From assembly GCA_046293135.1 (NCBI GenBank), contig JBKBPR010000007.1, positions 6,026-70,025 of the forward strand: a stretch of DNA of 64,000 nt. The letters run 5' to 3'. Below, piece after piece: positions 1 through 9,782 of this stretch (within the stretch, counting starts at the first letter, position 1; every line of letters begins with the position of its first letter). Origin of the DNA: Alphaproteobacteria bacterium (GTDB lineage Bacteria > Pseudomonadota > Alphaproteobacteria > Micavibrionales > Micavibrionaceae). The translations under genes were made by a program, and so were the position numbers. The notes below the pieces were generated by a model that saw only the letters and a list, made by a program, of their open reading frames with translations, was not told the DNA's origin and ran no database searches.

Positions 1-646
1 CCGGCTTTTCTAATACCCACGTTAAATTGATAACGCCTTCAATCATAGTTCTGACAACCAACCCAGCATCCATAGACGGGTCTAGTTTTATAACCGACAT
101 AGCATGATCAAGTTGTTTGTAGATGAAATAGGTGATCATCCGCCCTGTTAGGTCACCTTTTTTAAAAGACGTATGTTGCCCTAACATGACCTTTGTCTGT
201 TCGATAAGGCCGTTCAAATGCTTCCTTGCTATATCTGGCTGTAGCATACTCTCAACCCTCTCCCTCAATATCTCAAACGCCTCGTCGAACGCGGCGTCTA
301 TTTCCGCCTCACCCCCCGTTGCGACGGCGGGGTCTGGCGTGGGCCAGTGTAGTTTTTTGTGCTGGCCGAAAAACACAGGGCAAGCCTCGCTGGCGGCGGC
401 ATCGCAGACGGTAATCACCAGATCGACATTCTGCCCTTCAAATTCATCCCATGATTTGCTGTATGGGCTTCCCGCCTCAATGCCATGGCGCTTGAGTGTT
501 TCGATGGATTTTGGATGCACATAACCGGCGGGCTTGCTGCCTGCACTCACGGCTTTGTAAACGCCTGCGCCTAGATAGTTGATCAATGCCTCCGCCATCA
601 CCGAGCGGCACGAATTTCCGGTGCAAAGGACAAGGACGTTTTTCAT
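1..646 (-). CDS. arsC: Arsenate reductase (LMW-PTP, thioredoxin-coupled type). The frame stays open beyond the usual C-terminus and runs off the left window edge.
   Basis: My own translation from the ATG at 646..644 gives MKNVLVLCTGNSCRSVMAEALINYLG...DLVITVCDAAASEACP, with the CX5R P-loop CTGNSCRS. The gene lies downstream of arsR in the same operon. There is no in-frame stop down to nt 1, which is why it is absent from the ORF track. Confidence 0.75.
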   Translation of the reverse strand, partial: MKNVLVLCTGNSCRSVMAEALINYLGAGVYKAVSAGSKPAGYVHPKSIETLKRHGIEAGSPYSKSWDEFEGQNVDLVITVCDAAASEACPVFFGQHKKLHWPTPDPAVATGGEAEIDAAFDEAFEILRERVESMLQPDIARKHLNGLIEQTKVMLGQHTSFKKGDLTGRMITYFIYKQLDHAMSVIKLDPSMDAGLVVRTMIEGVINLTWVLEKP

Positions 647-1093
647 TTAGCAGCACCCGCTCGCCGGAGAACAACACCCCGATTTTGGAAGCTGCTTGTC
701 CGGAATGCCGCACGCATCCTGCGCGAGGCAGGCGGTTTGTTTATTGGTCAGGATAAAATCTGTGCCGTCAAAGATGAGGCCGAATTTACCGATGGTGGAT
801 TGCTGGTATTCGACCTCGATCTCGTGATCCTCATCGCCCAGAACCTTCTTGCACAAATTCAGGATATGCAGGAATTTCTGCGGCGCGAGGCGGTGGTCGT
901 AATCTCCGGCCTCCCACAGCTGAAAATTCGCAACCGTTTCCGTGCGCTCCGTTCCGCCGCAATCAATGAAATGCTTGGTGACAAGGCCGACTTCGGTCAC
1001 ATGGAAATGCGGCGGCAGTGTGGAGCCATCCGGCAATTTGAAAGTCACGGTCTCTAAGGTTTCGAGTGCTTTTTTTACTTCGGAGATTTTCAT
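647..1093 (-). CDS. Small ars-operon-associated protein (DUF6428-like, from memory) with a Cys-rich C-terminus
   Basis: 148-aa ORF packed between arsR and arsC; its stop abuts the arsC ATG. C-terminal CCSPASGCC plus DACG suggest metalloid binding. Confidence 0.5.
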   Translation of the reverse strand: MKISEVKKALETLETVTFKLPDGSTLPPHFHVTEVGLVTKHFIDCGGTERTETVANFQLWEAGDYDHRLAPQKFLHILNLCKKVLGDEDHEIEVEYQQSTIGKFGLIFDGTDFILTNKQTACLAQDACGIPDKQLPKSGCCSPASGCC

Positions 1094-1109
1094 TAGTGTT
1101 TCCTTTCTC

Positions 1110-1496
1110 TTAACAGCAATCGGCCAGCTCGATAATCGAGCAGCCCTTTTTCTTATCCTCGCGTATGCTGGCGAATTCGACGCTGCAGCAATCCTTGACC
1201 ATAAAGCCGATCAAATCGCGCACGACTTCGAAATTCGCGGAATATATGACCGAGCGCCCTTCGCGGCGCGATGTCACTATTCCCGCATTGGATAAATGGT
1301 TCAGGTGAAACGACATGGTGTTGTGCGGCGTGCCAAGCTCATCGCTCAAGGCTCCAGCGGGCAAACCTTGCGGCCCGGCCTTGACCAGCAGGCGAAACGC
1401 GCCGAGGCGGGTTTCCTGTGACAGGGTATCAAACATGATTGTTGCTTTTGATAAGTCCATATGTCGAGAATAATCGACATATAAGGCAGGAGTCAA
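1110..1496 (-). CDS. arsR: ArsR/SmtB-family metalloregulator
   Basis: wHTH signature ...TRLGAFRLLVKAGPQGLPAGALSDELGTPHNTMSFHLNHLSNAGIV..REGRSVIYSA, with C-terminal Cys pairs (DCC, CC). The true start may be M13 (1460). Confidence 0.85.
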   Translation of the reverse strand: MTPALYVDYSRHMDLSKATIMFDTLSQETRLGAFRLLVKAGPQGLPAGALSDELGTPHNTMSFHLNHLSNAGIVTSRREGRSVIYSANFEVVRDLIGFMVKDCCSVEFASIREDKKKGCSIIELADCC

Positions 1497-1549
1497 TCAA
1501 AAGCTTCTGGACTATGACGGTTCTCAGCTATGATGAACGGATGCGTGAC

Positions 1550-2191
1550 TTATTTCTTTTCGACCGGGATAAAAATTTCATTACGGCGCAAGAATGGCAG
1601 CGTCCAGGGCGGGTTGTAACCTGCCGTCATGTATGAGCCTGTTTCCTGATAATCACTATCATCAATCCATTTTTGTAGAAGAGCATGATGGCGCTGAATG
1701 TTCTTTTCATTCAGTAAGCCCGAAAACTGCAGCGCCGCAACAGTGTAATCCTTGATTTCCTGAAGGCGTACAGAAGAATTGGAAGGCTTCGGCGCGCTCT
1801 GAAAATCATACTGCGCGGGTAACACGAACGACATTGTTTGGGTTTCACCCTGATTGCTCATGAAAACCGGAGCGGTCATTTCAATTTTCTGACCGGCATC
1901 CTGGTTTTGCATGATCACGGGCGCTGTCATCGCTATTTCACGCTTAGGCTCGTTTTCGCCCGATATATACTTAAAAAGGCGCTGAAAGGCTTCATTCTGC
2001 CCTTCCTCCATGCCGCCCGGCATCTCTGTGGTCACCAGAACAAGGCTTTCATAATGGCGGATTTCTATCGCTCCATCCTGCTCAAGAACCTTATAGGGTG
2101 CTATTTCAACGCCTGAATTACCAAACACGGAACAGGCCGACATAAAAACCGTTGCTGCAAGCACGGCTATAGTTTTGAGAAAAAATTTCAT
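1550..2191 (-). CDS. SOUL/HBP heme-binding-family lipoprotein
   Basis: Lipobox ...FMSAC, then EIAPYKVLEQDGAIEIRHYESLVLVTT..., which is typical of the SOUL family. Confidence 0.7.
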   Translation of the reverse strand: MKFFLKTIAVLAATVFMSACSVFGNSGVEIAPYKVLEQDGAIEIRHYESLVLVTTEMPGGMEEGQNEAFQRLFKYISGENEPKREIAMTAPVIMQNQDAGQKIEMTAPVFMSNQGETQTMSFVLPAQYDFQSAPKPSNSSVRLQEIKDYTVAALQFSGLLNEKNIQRHHALLQKWIDDSDYQETGSYMTAGYNPPWTLPFLRRNEIFIPVEKK

Positions 2192-2418
2192 TTTGACCTT
2201 TGTTTTTATGAGGCATCGTATTCATTCATATAGCGCAAATCCTTTAACAAGGTAGTTTCTTTTTAATGCAACCCAGATCTGGGCATATCAGATAAAATTG
2301 CCCAAGGATAAAGCGTTGCCAGAAATCAGTTATCCGGAAATCCCGGACAACTCAAAATATCCTTGATATCTCAGCTTCTTAACTTGCCATCCCTCAAAAT
2401 TCCATTATTTTCGCAAGC

Positions 2419-2607
2419 ATGAATAATGACATCATGACGATTCGGGAAGTCGCGGAATATCTGCGCCTCAACGAAAAAACCACATACCGCTATGCTTCCG
2501 AGGGCAAAATCCCCGGTTTTAAGGTCGGCGGCGCGTGGCGTTTCCGCCGTGATGAGATTGAAAAAATGACCAAAAACGAACTGGAAACGAAGAAGGCCCG
2601 AAAATGA
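2419..2607 (+). CDS. Excisionase-family (MerR-like) HTH DNA-binding protein
   Basis: MTIREVAEYLRLNEKTTYRYASEGKIPGFKVGGAWRFRRDEIE motif. Overlaps the next ORF by 4 nt (ATGA). Confidence 0.75.
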   Translation: MNNDIMTIREVAEYLRLNEKTTYRYASEGKIPGFKVGGAWRFRRDEIEKMTKNELETKKARK

Positions 2608-4481
2608 GTGAGGATACGGCTAAAGATCTCATAGAACGGCTGAACCAGATGGTGGAAGCCACAACAATCGAGGCCAAACGCGGCTCGGAAGTTGGAAAAT
2701 CTATCATAGAAACTGTCTGTGCATTCGCCAACGAGCCCGATCTCAAAGGTGGCTATATCCTCCTTGGTGTCGAGAAAGACACTGATACGCTTTTCCCCTT
2801 CTACACAGTCTGTGGTGTCAGCGACCCTGAAAAAATCAGGGAAGACCTTGCCAGCCAGTGCGCCAGTAAATTCAATATCGCCATCCGCCCACAGATATCC
2901 GAAGAGATCGTTGACGGAAAATGTGTCTTGAAGATTTTTATTCCCGAAGCTGCGCCTTCAGACAAACCTGTCTACCTCTCTGCAACAGGCCTGCCTAAAG
3001 GTGCGTTTCGCCGCATCGGTGCGAGCGATATCCGTTGCACGGATGAGGACTTGCAAATTTTATATGCCGGACGCTCTCATCAAAGCCATGACCAAATGCC
3101 CGTTGAGGGCTCTTCCATGGAGGATCTTGATCCGGAAGCCGTGGAGCTTTACCGAACCATGCGCTCCCGCGTAACAGCATCAGCGCCTGAGCTGGAATGG
3201 AATGATACCGATCTTCTGCAAAGCCTGCATGCTATCGTAAAGCATCCAAAATCTAAAGAATGGGTGCCAACAATTGCGGGTATCATGCTGTTCGGGAAAG
3301 GCCAGGCCTTAAGACGGCTTTTTCCCATGGTGCGCGTTGATTATATCCGCGTTCCCGGGACCACATGGATCAGCGATCCGGAAAACCGTTTCACCACCGT
3401 TGAGATGCGCGATTGCCTGCTCAGGCTTTTTAGCCGCGCGCAGGCAACAATACTGGATGACCTGCCAAAAGCCTTTAACCTGCCGGAGGGCGAAATGCAG
3501 CGCAAAGATGTCCCCCTCATCCCGGCGCAGGTTATTCGTGAGGCCTTGGTCAATGCCCTTATCCACCGCAGCTATCGTGAGCATCAACCCATACAGATTT
3601 TGCGATACGCGAACCGGCTTGAAATTTCCAACCCCGGCTATTCGCTTGTATCCGAAGAACGCTTCGGCGAGCCGGGATCACATCCGCGAAATCCCCATAT
3701 CGCGCAAGTGTTCCACGATCTGAACCTTGCCGAAACAAAAGGCAGCGGCATTCGTACCATGATGGCCTTGATGGAAAAACACGGATTGACGCCGCCCGCA
3801 TTCCTGTCCGACCGCGCCAATAATATGTTCTCGACCAAAATGCTCTTCCATCACTTTCTGGGTGAGGATGATCTGGACTGGTTGTCAAAATTCAGCGATC
3901 TCGATCTTGGCGAAGGCCAGAAAAAAGCCCTTATTTTCCTGCGCGAAACCGGTGCTATTAATAACGCCACATACCGCCATCTGGCAAAAATCGATACTTT
4001 GGCCGCCAGCAAGCAGCTGATTGAACTGCGCTCACATGGCCTCATTGATAAAAAGGGCGATGGTTCCGCGACATATTACGAACCCGGCTTGGAAATGATC
4101 AAACGCACGAAAAATGCGGGCAAAAAGGGCAATGACCCCCAGCTTGACAAGAATAACCCCCAGTTATCCCCAAATGACCCCCAGCTTACACCACCAGCTG
4201 ATATAATGAATGAAATCAAAGCCTTGGGGGCGAGGCCGCGTATAGAAAAAACACAAGACATCGTTTTAAAACTCTGCGCATGGAAAGACCTGGGGGCTGA
4301 AGAGCTGACCGAAGCAATGGGGCGTAAGGATAAAAAGATGCTTGTGAAAAAAATCCTCCAGCCCCTGCTGGAACAAAATCTGCTGGCGCGCACAATCCCG
4401 GAAAGCCCCAACCACCCGTATCAGAAATACCGGACGGCACAAAAGACAGACGGAAGTAATAAGAAAAAGGACAAAGCGTAA
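2604..4481 (+). CDS. AlbA_2 (Schlafen-like) + HATPase_c_4 (RecG-C-terminal-like) + wHTH protein; putative regulator or sensor
   Basis: N-terminal ...CAFANEPDLKGGYILLGVEKD...; central ...IREALVNALIHRSY...ISNPG...GSGIRTM. The C-terminal wHTH-like segments are separated by a 3 x 21-nt tandem repeat (NDPQL/NNPQL/NDPQL, 4131-4193). Confidence 0.75.
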   Translation: MSEDTAKDLIERLNQMVEATTIEAKRGSEVGKSIIETVCAFANEPDLKGGYILLGVEKDTDTLFPFYTVCGVSDPEKIREDLASQCASKFNIAIRPQISEEIVDGKCVLKIFIPEAAPSDKPVYLSATGLPKGAFRRIGASDIRCTDEDLQILYAGRSHQSHDQMPVEGSSMEDLDPEAVELYRTMRSRVTASAPELEWNDTDLLQSLHAIVKHPKSKEWVPTIAGIMLFGKGQALRRLFPMVRVDYIRVPGTTWISDPENRFTTVEMRDCLLRLFSRAQATILDDLPKAFNLPEGEMQRKDVPLIPAQVIREALVNALIHRSYREHQPIQILRYANRLEISNPGYSLVSEERFGEPGSHPRNPHIAQVFHDLNLAETKGSGIRTMMALMEKHGLTPPAFLSDRANNMFSTKMLFHHFLGEDDLDWLSKFSDLDLGEGQKKALIFLRETGAINNATYRHLAKIDTLAASKQLIELRSHGLIDKKGDGSATYYEPGLEMIKRTKNAGKKGNDPQLDKNNPQLSPNDPQLTPPADIMNEIKALGARPRIEKTQDIVLKLCAWKDLGAEELTEAMGRKDKKMLVKKILQPLLEQNLLARTIPESPNHPYQKYRTAQKTDGSNKKKDKA

Positions 4482-5915
4482 ATGCCCATATTACACTGGC
4501 TGAACAGAGAGGAGAGTATCAAGGAAACGGCGCGGGTGCCGTATCGTCTGCTCAAGGCCGATCCGAAATTATCTTATGGGGATGAAACATCCGAAAATAT
4601 GCTGATCCAGGGGGATAATCTGGACGCGCTCAAGGCGCTTCTGCCCTATTACGCCGGAAAGGTAAAATGCATTTATATCGACCCGCCCTATAACACGGGC
4701 AGTGCATTCGAATATTATGATGATAATCTGGAGCCGCATTTCAGCAAAATTCCCGCGCATACGGACAAGATGGAGCGCGATGAGAAATCCGGCAAGATTA
4801 AGTTTTCCTTCGTCAATCTGCTGCATTGGCACCGCCCGCTGGTGATTGTCGATGAGGCGCATAATGCGAAGTCCGACCTGAGTGTGGAGGTTCTAAACCG
4901 CGTTAATCCGGCCTGTGTCATTGAATATACGGCCACGCCAGCGAAGAACAGCAATATCATCCATTCCGTATCGGCGGCGGAGTTGAAGGCCGAAGAGATG
5001 ATTAAGCTGCCGATTATCCTGTCCGATCATGTGTCATGGGAGCAGGCCATAACGGCCAGTATCCAGACGCGCCAAAAGCTGGAAGAAATTGCACTGAAAG
5101 ATAAAGATTATATCCGCCCGATCATCCTGTTTCAGGCCGAAAACAAAGGACAGGACATTACGGTAGAGGTGCTGGAAAAATACCTGGTAGAGAATGAAGG
5201 CATTGATCGCGCCCAGATTGCCATTGCCACGGGTGAGCAGCGGGAGCTGGACAGCATCAATCTGTTCGATCCGAATTGCCCGATCCGTTACGTGATAACC
5301 GTTCAGGCGTTGAAAGAAGGGTGGGATTGTTCCTTCGCCTATGTTCTGTGTTCCGTGGCCAATACAAAATCAGCCACATCTGTGGAGCAGTTATTGGGCC
5401 GCGTGTTGCGTATGCCCTATGCCAAAACCCGCACGCAGGAAGAACTCAACAAAGCCTATGCCCACGTATCATCACAAAGCTGGCCACATGCGGTGACGCA
5501 GCTGCATGACCGTCTGGTCAGCATGGGGTTTGAACAGCAGGAAGCCGAAGAATTTATTTATGCACAGCCGTCTTTGGGACTATCCGATCAACCGCAAAAA
5601 CCTTTTGAGGTAACGCTCACCAGCGCGCCGGATCTCTCGCATCTGGATATGGCCGAAAAATCATGCGTGCAGGTGGCGGAAACATCAGCCGGAACATTCA
5701 TGATGACGGTGACAGGCAATATCGACAAACAGCTTGTCGAAAAACTGTCCAAGGCCGCCACGGATAAAAAGGACAAGGCCGAGATTTCCCTGAAAGGCCA
5801 TATCCATATCAAGCACATGGCCGAAAATTTATCACCATCCCAGCGCGGCGAAGTGTTCTCTATCCCGCAGCTGTGCCTGAATTTTGAAGACGGGCCGGAA
5901 CTGGCGGAGCGGTAA
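4482..5915 (+). pseudogene. Chimeric remnant of a type III R-M system: the first ~85 aa of the Mod methyltransferase are fused in frame to the Res helicase from motif II onward
   Basis: The N-terminus NMLIQGDNLDALKALLPYYAGKVKCIYIDPPYNTG (DPPY motif) is followed directly by ...RPLVIVDEAHNAKS...IEYTATP...QALKEGWDCSFAYVL...LLGRVLRMP (SF2 helicase motifs II-VI). The methylase catalytic core and helicase motif I are absent. Confidence 0.7.
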
Positions 5916-6788
5916 TTGTGCCTGAGTGACAATGGCTGGGCGGTGCTGGATTATTACGCGCCGCTCACCAAAGACCATTTCACTGTTGATGATAAAGCCA
6001 AGCAATATGTGGCCGATATTGCAGGGCAGAAAATCGTCATCAAGTCGTTAAACGAAACAGATCAGCTTAATCTGGACGGTATCCGCACCGATATGACGGA
6101 TCAGGATCTTGCCCGCTGGCTTGACCGCAAGCTACGCGCTATCGATATCAAGCAGGAGCATTTACTTGAATATTTGCGCCGGACAATCCGTGACCTTCTG
6201 GCACGTGATGATCTGGATATGCCAAAACTCGTGCGCGGCAAATTCATCCTTGAAAAAGTCCTGCGCGAACGCATTAATGCCGCTCGTATGCAAGCCTATG
6301 AAAAAGGTTACCAAGCCTGCATGTTCGGCCCGGATGCGATTGCAACGGTTGAGCCCGCCGCATTCTCATTTACCTTCCCGGCGGATTATCCAGCCAACCT
6401 GCTTTATGAAGGGCCGATTGGTTTTGACAAGCATTTCTATCCCCGCATCGGCATCATGAATGGCGAAGAAGCCGAATGCGCGCAGGCTATTGACCGTAAC
6501 CCGCTCATCAAATTCTGGGTGCGAAATCTGGAACGTCAGCCGCAACATGCGTTCTGGCTCCCCACCTCCACAGATAAATTCTATCCCGATTTTGTCGCCC
6601 AGTTAAATGACGGGCGGCTCTTAGTGATTGAGTATAAAGGCGGGCATCTGGCCAACGAAGATACAGAAGAAAAAGAGCTGATCGGCAAGGTCTGGGCTGA
6701 AAAATCCGGCAATCTGTTCCTTATGGCATGGAAAAAGGACAAAGACGGGCGTGATGTTTATCAGCAGATTAATAAGGTTTTGGGGTAA
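5916..6788 (+). pseudogene. C-terminal (nuclease-domain) fragment of the same Res subunit, cut off by an in-frame TAA
   Basis: It is in the same frame as 4482..5915 (offset 1434 = 3 x 478), separated only by TAA 5913-5915. It carries a PD-(D/E)xK-like ...YPDFVAQLNDGRLLVIEYKG... near the C-terminus. Confidence 0.65.
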
Positions 6789-6817
6789 CAGGTAATTGTC
6801 AAAGAAAAGGTCATAAA

Positions 6818-8530
6818 ATGAAGCTGGTTAAATTTTCTGTTACTAATTTCAGAAGCATTCTGAAAGCGCATGATATCCCTATATCAGACACAACTGTATT
6901 AGTTGGAAAAAACAACGAAGGAAAATCCAACCTCTTAAAAGCCCTGTCTATATCGATGAATGCCATTGGCTCACATGCAATGGCATCTCGGAGACGTGAC
7001 AGAGTAGGCTCTTCCATGATAAGGCATCGTCCTCCTAGAAGGTTTGCGGATAACTTCTATGACTGGAAACGAGATTTTCCAATTTCTCAAAGAACAAGAA
7101 GGGGTAAAAAACAAACCATATTTAAGTTGGAGTTTGAATTGACGGATGATGAGGTTTCCGCATTTAAAAAGGAAATTAAATCAAATTTAAATGGCACTTT
7201 ACCTCTAAAGATTACAATCGGCGAAAATGATGAGCCTGAAATAAAAGTAGTTAAAGGCGGGAGAGCTAACGCAACACTCAATTCAAAATCAGAAAAAATA
7301 ACAGAGTATATCGCGCGTAGAATTTCGTTTAACTAAATACCCGCAGTAAGAACTCACCAACAAACCTTAAATGTGATAGATGAATTACTGTCGCATGAAC
7401 TTTCATCATTGGAAGAAAATCCAAAATATCAAGCGGCATTAAAAATTATTAATGATCTTCAGCAACCTGTTTTAGTGGCTTTATCGTCGCGAATTAAGGA
7501 GCCACTTTCAGAGTTTCTACCTAACATTAAAGATGTCAAAATTAATATATCTGAGGATAGTCGGCACATTAGATATAGAAGAGATTTTGATGTTGAAATA
7601 GATGATGGAACACTCACAAGTATTGAGCATAAAGGTGATGGAGTACAAAGCCTTGCTGCCTTAGGTCTTCTTAAAAATAAATTCCATAGAACTGATGCTT
7701 CTATTATTGCTATAGAAGAACCTGAATCACATTTACATCCTGGCGCCATCCATCAACTGCAAGAAATTATAGAGTCTTTAGAGGGTGAAAACCAAATTGT
7801 TTTAACCACCCATAACCCTCTTTTTGTTAATAGACATTCTATTGCTTCAAATATAATTGTTGACGGTGGAAAAGCGATTCAATCCAAAAGTATCAAGGCT
7901 ATACGAGATATTCTTGGCGTAAAAGTTTCTGACAATTTAACGCATGCACGTTTTTCTCTTGTAGTGGAAGGACCAGACGACAAAAAGGCATTAGACATCT
8001 TACTTCCAAATTTAAGCACAACTTTGGGATCTGCCATAAAAAGGAATAATTTGATAATTGATTACATAGGAGGCGCAGGAAATTTATCTTATAAATTATC
8101 CACGCTAAAGTCACAGCTATGTGTATACCATGTTTTTCTAGATAATGATGACGAAGCAAATAAGCAGCGTGATAGAGCGATGCAAGAAGATGTTTTGAGC
8201 ATAAAAAATCTAACACAAACAATTTGCAATGGCATGACTGAGGCAGAATTTGAAGATTGCCTGAACCCAGATATATACAAACAAAAAATACTAGATGTTT
8301 ATGGCGTAGATTTAAATGTCACTGCATTTAGGGGAAATCAAAAGTGGTCGGATAGAGTTAAATCTTGTTTTCAAAGTCAGGGGAAACTATTTGATAAAAA
8401 TACTAAAGAGAAAGTAAAGCGAACTGTTTCAGAATGTATTTCTAACAATGTTAATAATGCTTTGTGTCCTCATAAGAGAGGATGTGTTGACGGCTTGGTC
8501 TCTTCTTTAGAAAGACTTATAGCTAACTAA
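6818..8530 (+). pseudogene. OLD-family nuclease (ABC-type ATPase + TOPRIM), single-gene (class 1-like), interrupted by one in-frame TAA at 7334-7336
   Basis: Walker A VGKNNEGKSN; ...GDGVQSLAALGLL...; Walker B IIAIEEPESHLHP; TOPRIM LVVEGPDDKKAL...FLDNDDEA. The two ORFs (6818-7336, 7373-8530) share a frame (offset 555 = 3 x 185), and the 12 codons between them are open. Confidence 0.75.
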
Positions 8531-8546
8531 AGTAAATATATAGATT

Positions 8547-9782
8547 TTAACCAATCACATCCCCAATCCGTTTGATGTTGGCCTTTGATACGCCGTAGGA
8601 TTTGGCCAGTTCTTTCCACTGGAGCACCGCCGTTACGGTTTCATCGATGATGCGCTGGGCGTCTGCCCTTGATAAATCTGCGACCTCGGCCAGCTTGAGC
8701 AAATGCTCTATGCCCGGATTTTTGCCTTCACCGATCACCATGGTGCTTTGCTCCCCACCCGGGCCGCTGGAGAAGGTGAGGTCATAGGCGGGTGCCATAC
8801 GCCACGCGCCGTTTTTATCCATCAGGAAAGAGAAGTTTTTCGCGTGGTCATCGCGATTATGGCTGAGCACATTAAACACCGCCAGACGGTACATTTTCTG
8901 CGCCTCGCGCATGACACGCGTCAGGATCATCGTGGCCTTGATCAAATCCTGATAATCAAGCGAGGGCAAACGAAAATCCGAATGCAGCAGGCCGCATGCC
9001 GTGTGCATGTGCAGGCGCCCACCACTCTCCGTCCGGTCAAAACGCCTTGTCGCAAAATACCCGGATCCCTTTTTAGCGGGGAAGAGATGCGTCTCCATCA
9101 TCTCCAGCCCGGCTTCCTGCGCCATAAGGCTGTACACATATTCAATCGCCCCGGCATCCTGCCCGTCCGCCGTATTCGCAAATTTAACCAGCCAAGGCTC
9201 ATAGCCAGCGGGCAGATCCTCTACACCCTGAATGACTTTGGATTTATCACGGCTGACCCCGATCATGGCTTTGGGGCGCGCCCCTTGCGATCCGCCACCC
9301 AGCGCCAGAAGCTCTTCAAATACCTCCTCGCTGTTGCCTTCTAAAATCGCCTGTGATTGATCGGCCAGCGCTTCAAGATTAACGGCCTTGTCCTGCACAT
9401 CCTCGCTGTAATCCGGCGCATAAACCAGCGCGCCCATGCCCGATGCGCCCACATGCGCCAGCCGGTCCAGCGGTGAAAAACTATCCGGCGCAATCCCTTT
9501 GCGTCGCAAGGCGCGATCCAGCAAAAGCCGCCCCCAGCCATCGGGAAGGCTGTCATTAAACAGGCCTGGCAGCCCTTCAAACAAGCCAGGCTCAAAGACC
9601 TGCAGCCCCGGAGTCAGGGGAAGCTTAAAGGGCGAGAGTTCGAGTTTTCCGGCGATAAAACCCGCATCATATTCAAAAAATATTTTACCATCACGCCGGG
9701 CAAGCCGCCCAACGGGAACAGGCGCATCCCCAAAATCCAGCATGACATTCAGCGCGCTCACGGGCGTAAAATCCTTAATCAT
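8547..9782 (-). CDS. hipA: HipA-family serine/threonine kinase toxin
   Basis: N-terminal coupling-domain motif VGRLARRDGKIFFEYD...; kinase core ...SLPDGWGRLL...GGSQGARPK...NRDDHAKNFSFLM. The likely start MIKDF at 9782 overlaps the hipB stop by 8 nt. Confidence 0.9.
   Translation of the reverse strand: MIKDFTPVSALNVMLDFGDAPVPVGRLARRDGKIFFEYDAGFIAGKLELSPFKLPLTPGLQVFEPGLFEGLPGLFNDSLPDGWGRLLLDRALRRKGIAPDSFSPLDRLAHVGASGMGALVYAPDYSEDVQDKAVNLEALADQSQAILEGNSEEVFEELLALGGGSQGARPKAMIGVSRDKSKVIQGVEDLPAGYEPWLVKFANTADGQDAGAIEYVYSLMAQEAGLEMMETHLFPAKKGSGYFATRRFDRTESGGRLHMHTACGLLHSDFRLPSLDYQDLIKATMILTRVMREAQKMYRLAVFNVLSHNRDDHAKNFSFLMDKNGAWRMAPAYDLTFSSGPGGEQSTMVIGEGKNPGIEHLLKLAEVADLSRADAQRIIDETVTAVLQWKELAKSYGVSKANIKRIGDVIG

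Noticed and set aside
2170-2215. I considered whether this is a degenerate third tRNA-fMet fragment (island A left att): gacctttgtttttatgag versus gaccttcaggttatgag.
   Set aside because: Only two short blocks match (6 + 7 nt) and the spacing differs. The segment covers the start codon and 5' UTR of the SOUL-family gene, and no TGTCCCAT-type arm sites are nearby. It is most likely chance.
5913-7336. I considered whether the in-frame TAA codons in res and the OLD gene reflect stop-codon reassignment or programmed readthrough.
   Set aside because: TAA is used as a genuine terminator by adjacent intact genes (for example 4479-4481 and 9775-9777). No downstream recoding structure is evident, and both genes lie in a cluster with another clear deletion.
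6818-8530. I considered whether the two ORFs form a two-gene ATPase + TOPRIM system (PARIS AriA/AriB-like or Gabija GajA/GajB).
   Set aside because: The break lies inside the ATPase domain (Walker A on one side, Walker B on the other), in the same frame, and is separated by a single stop. No helicase partner is adjacent.
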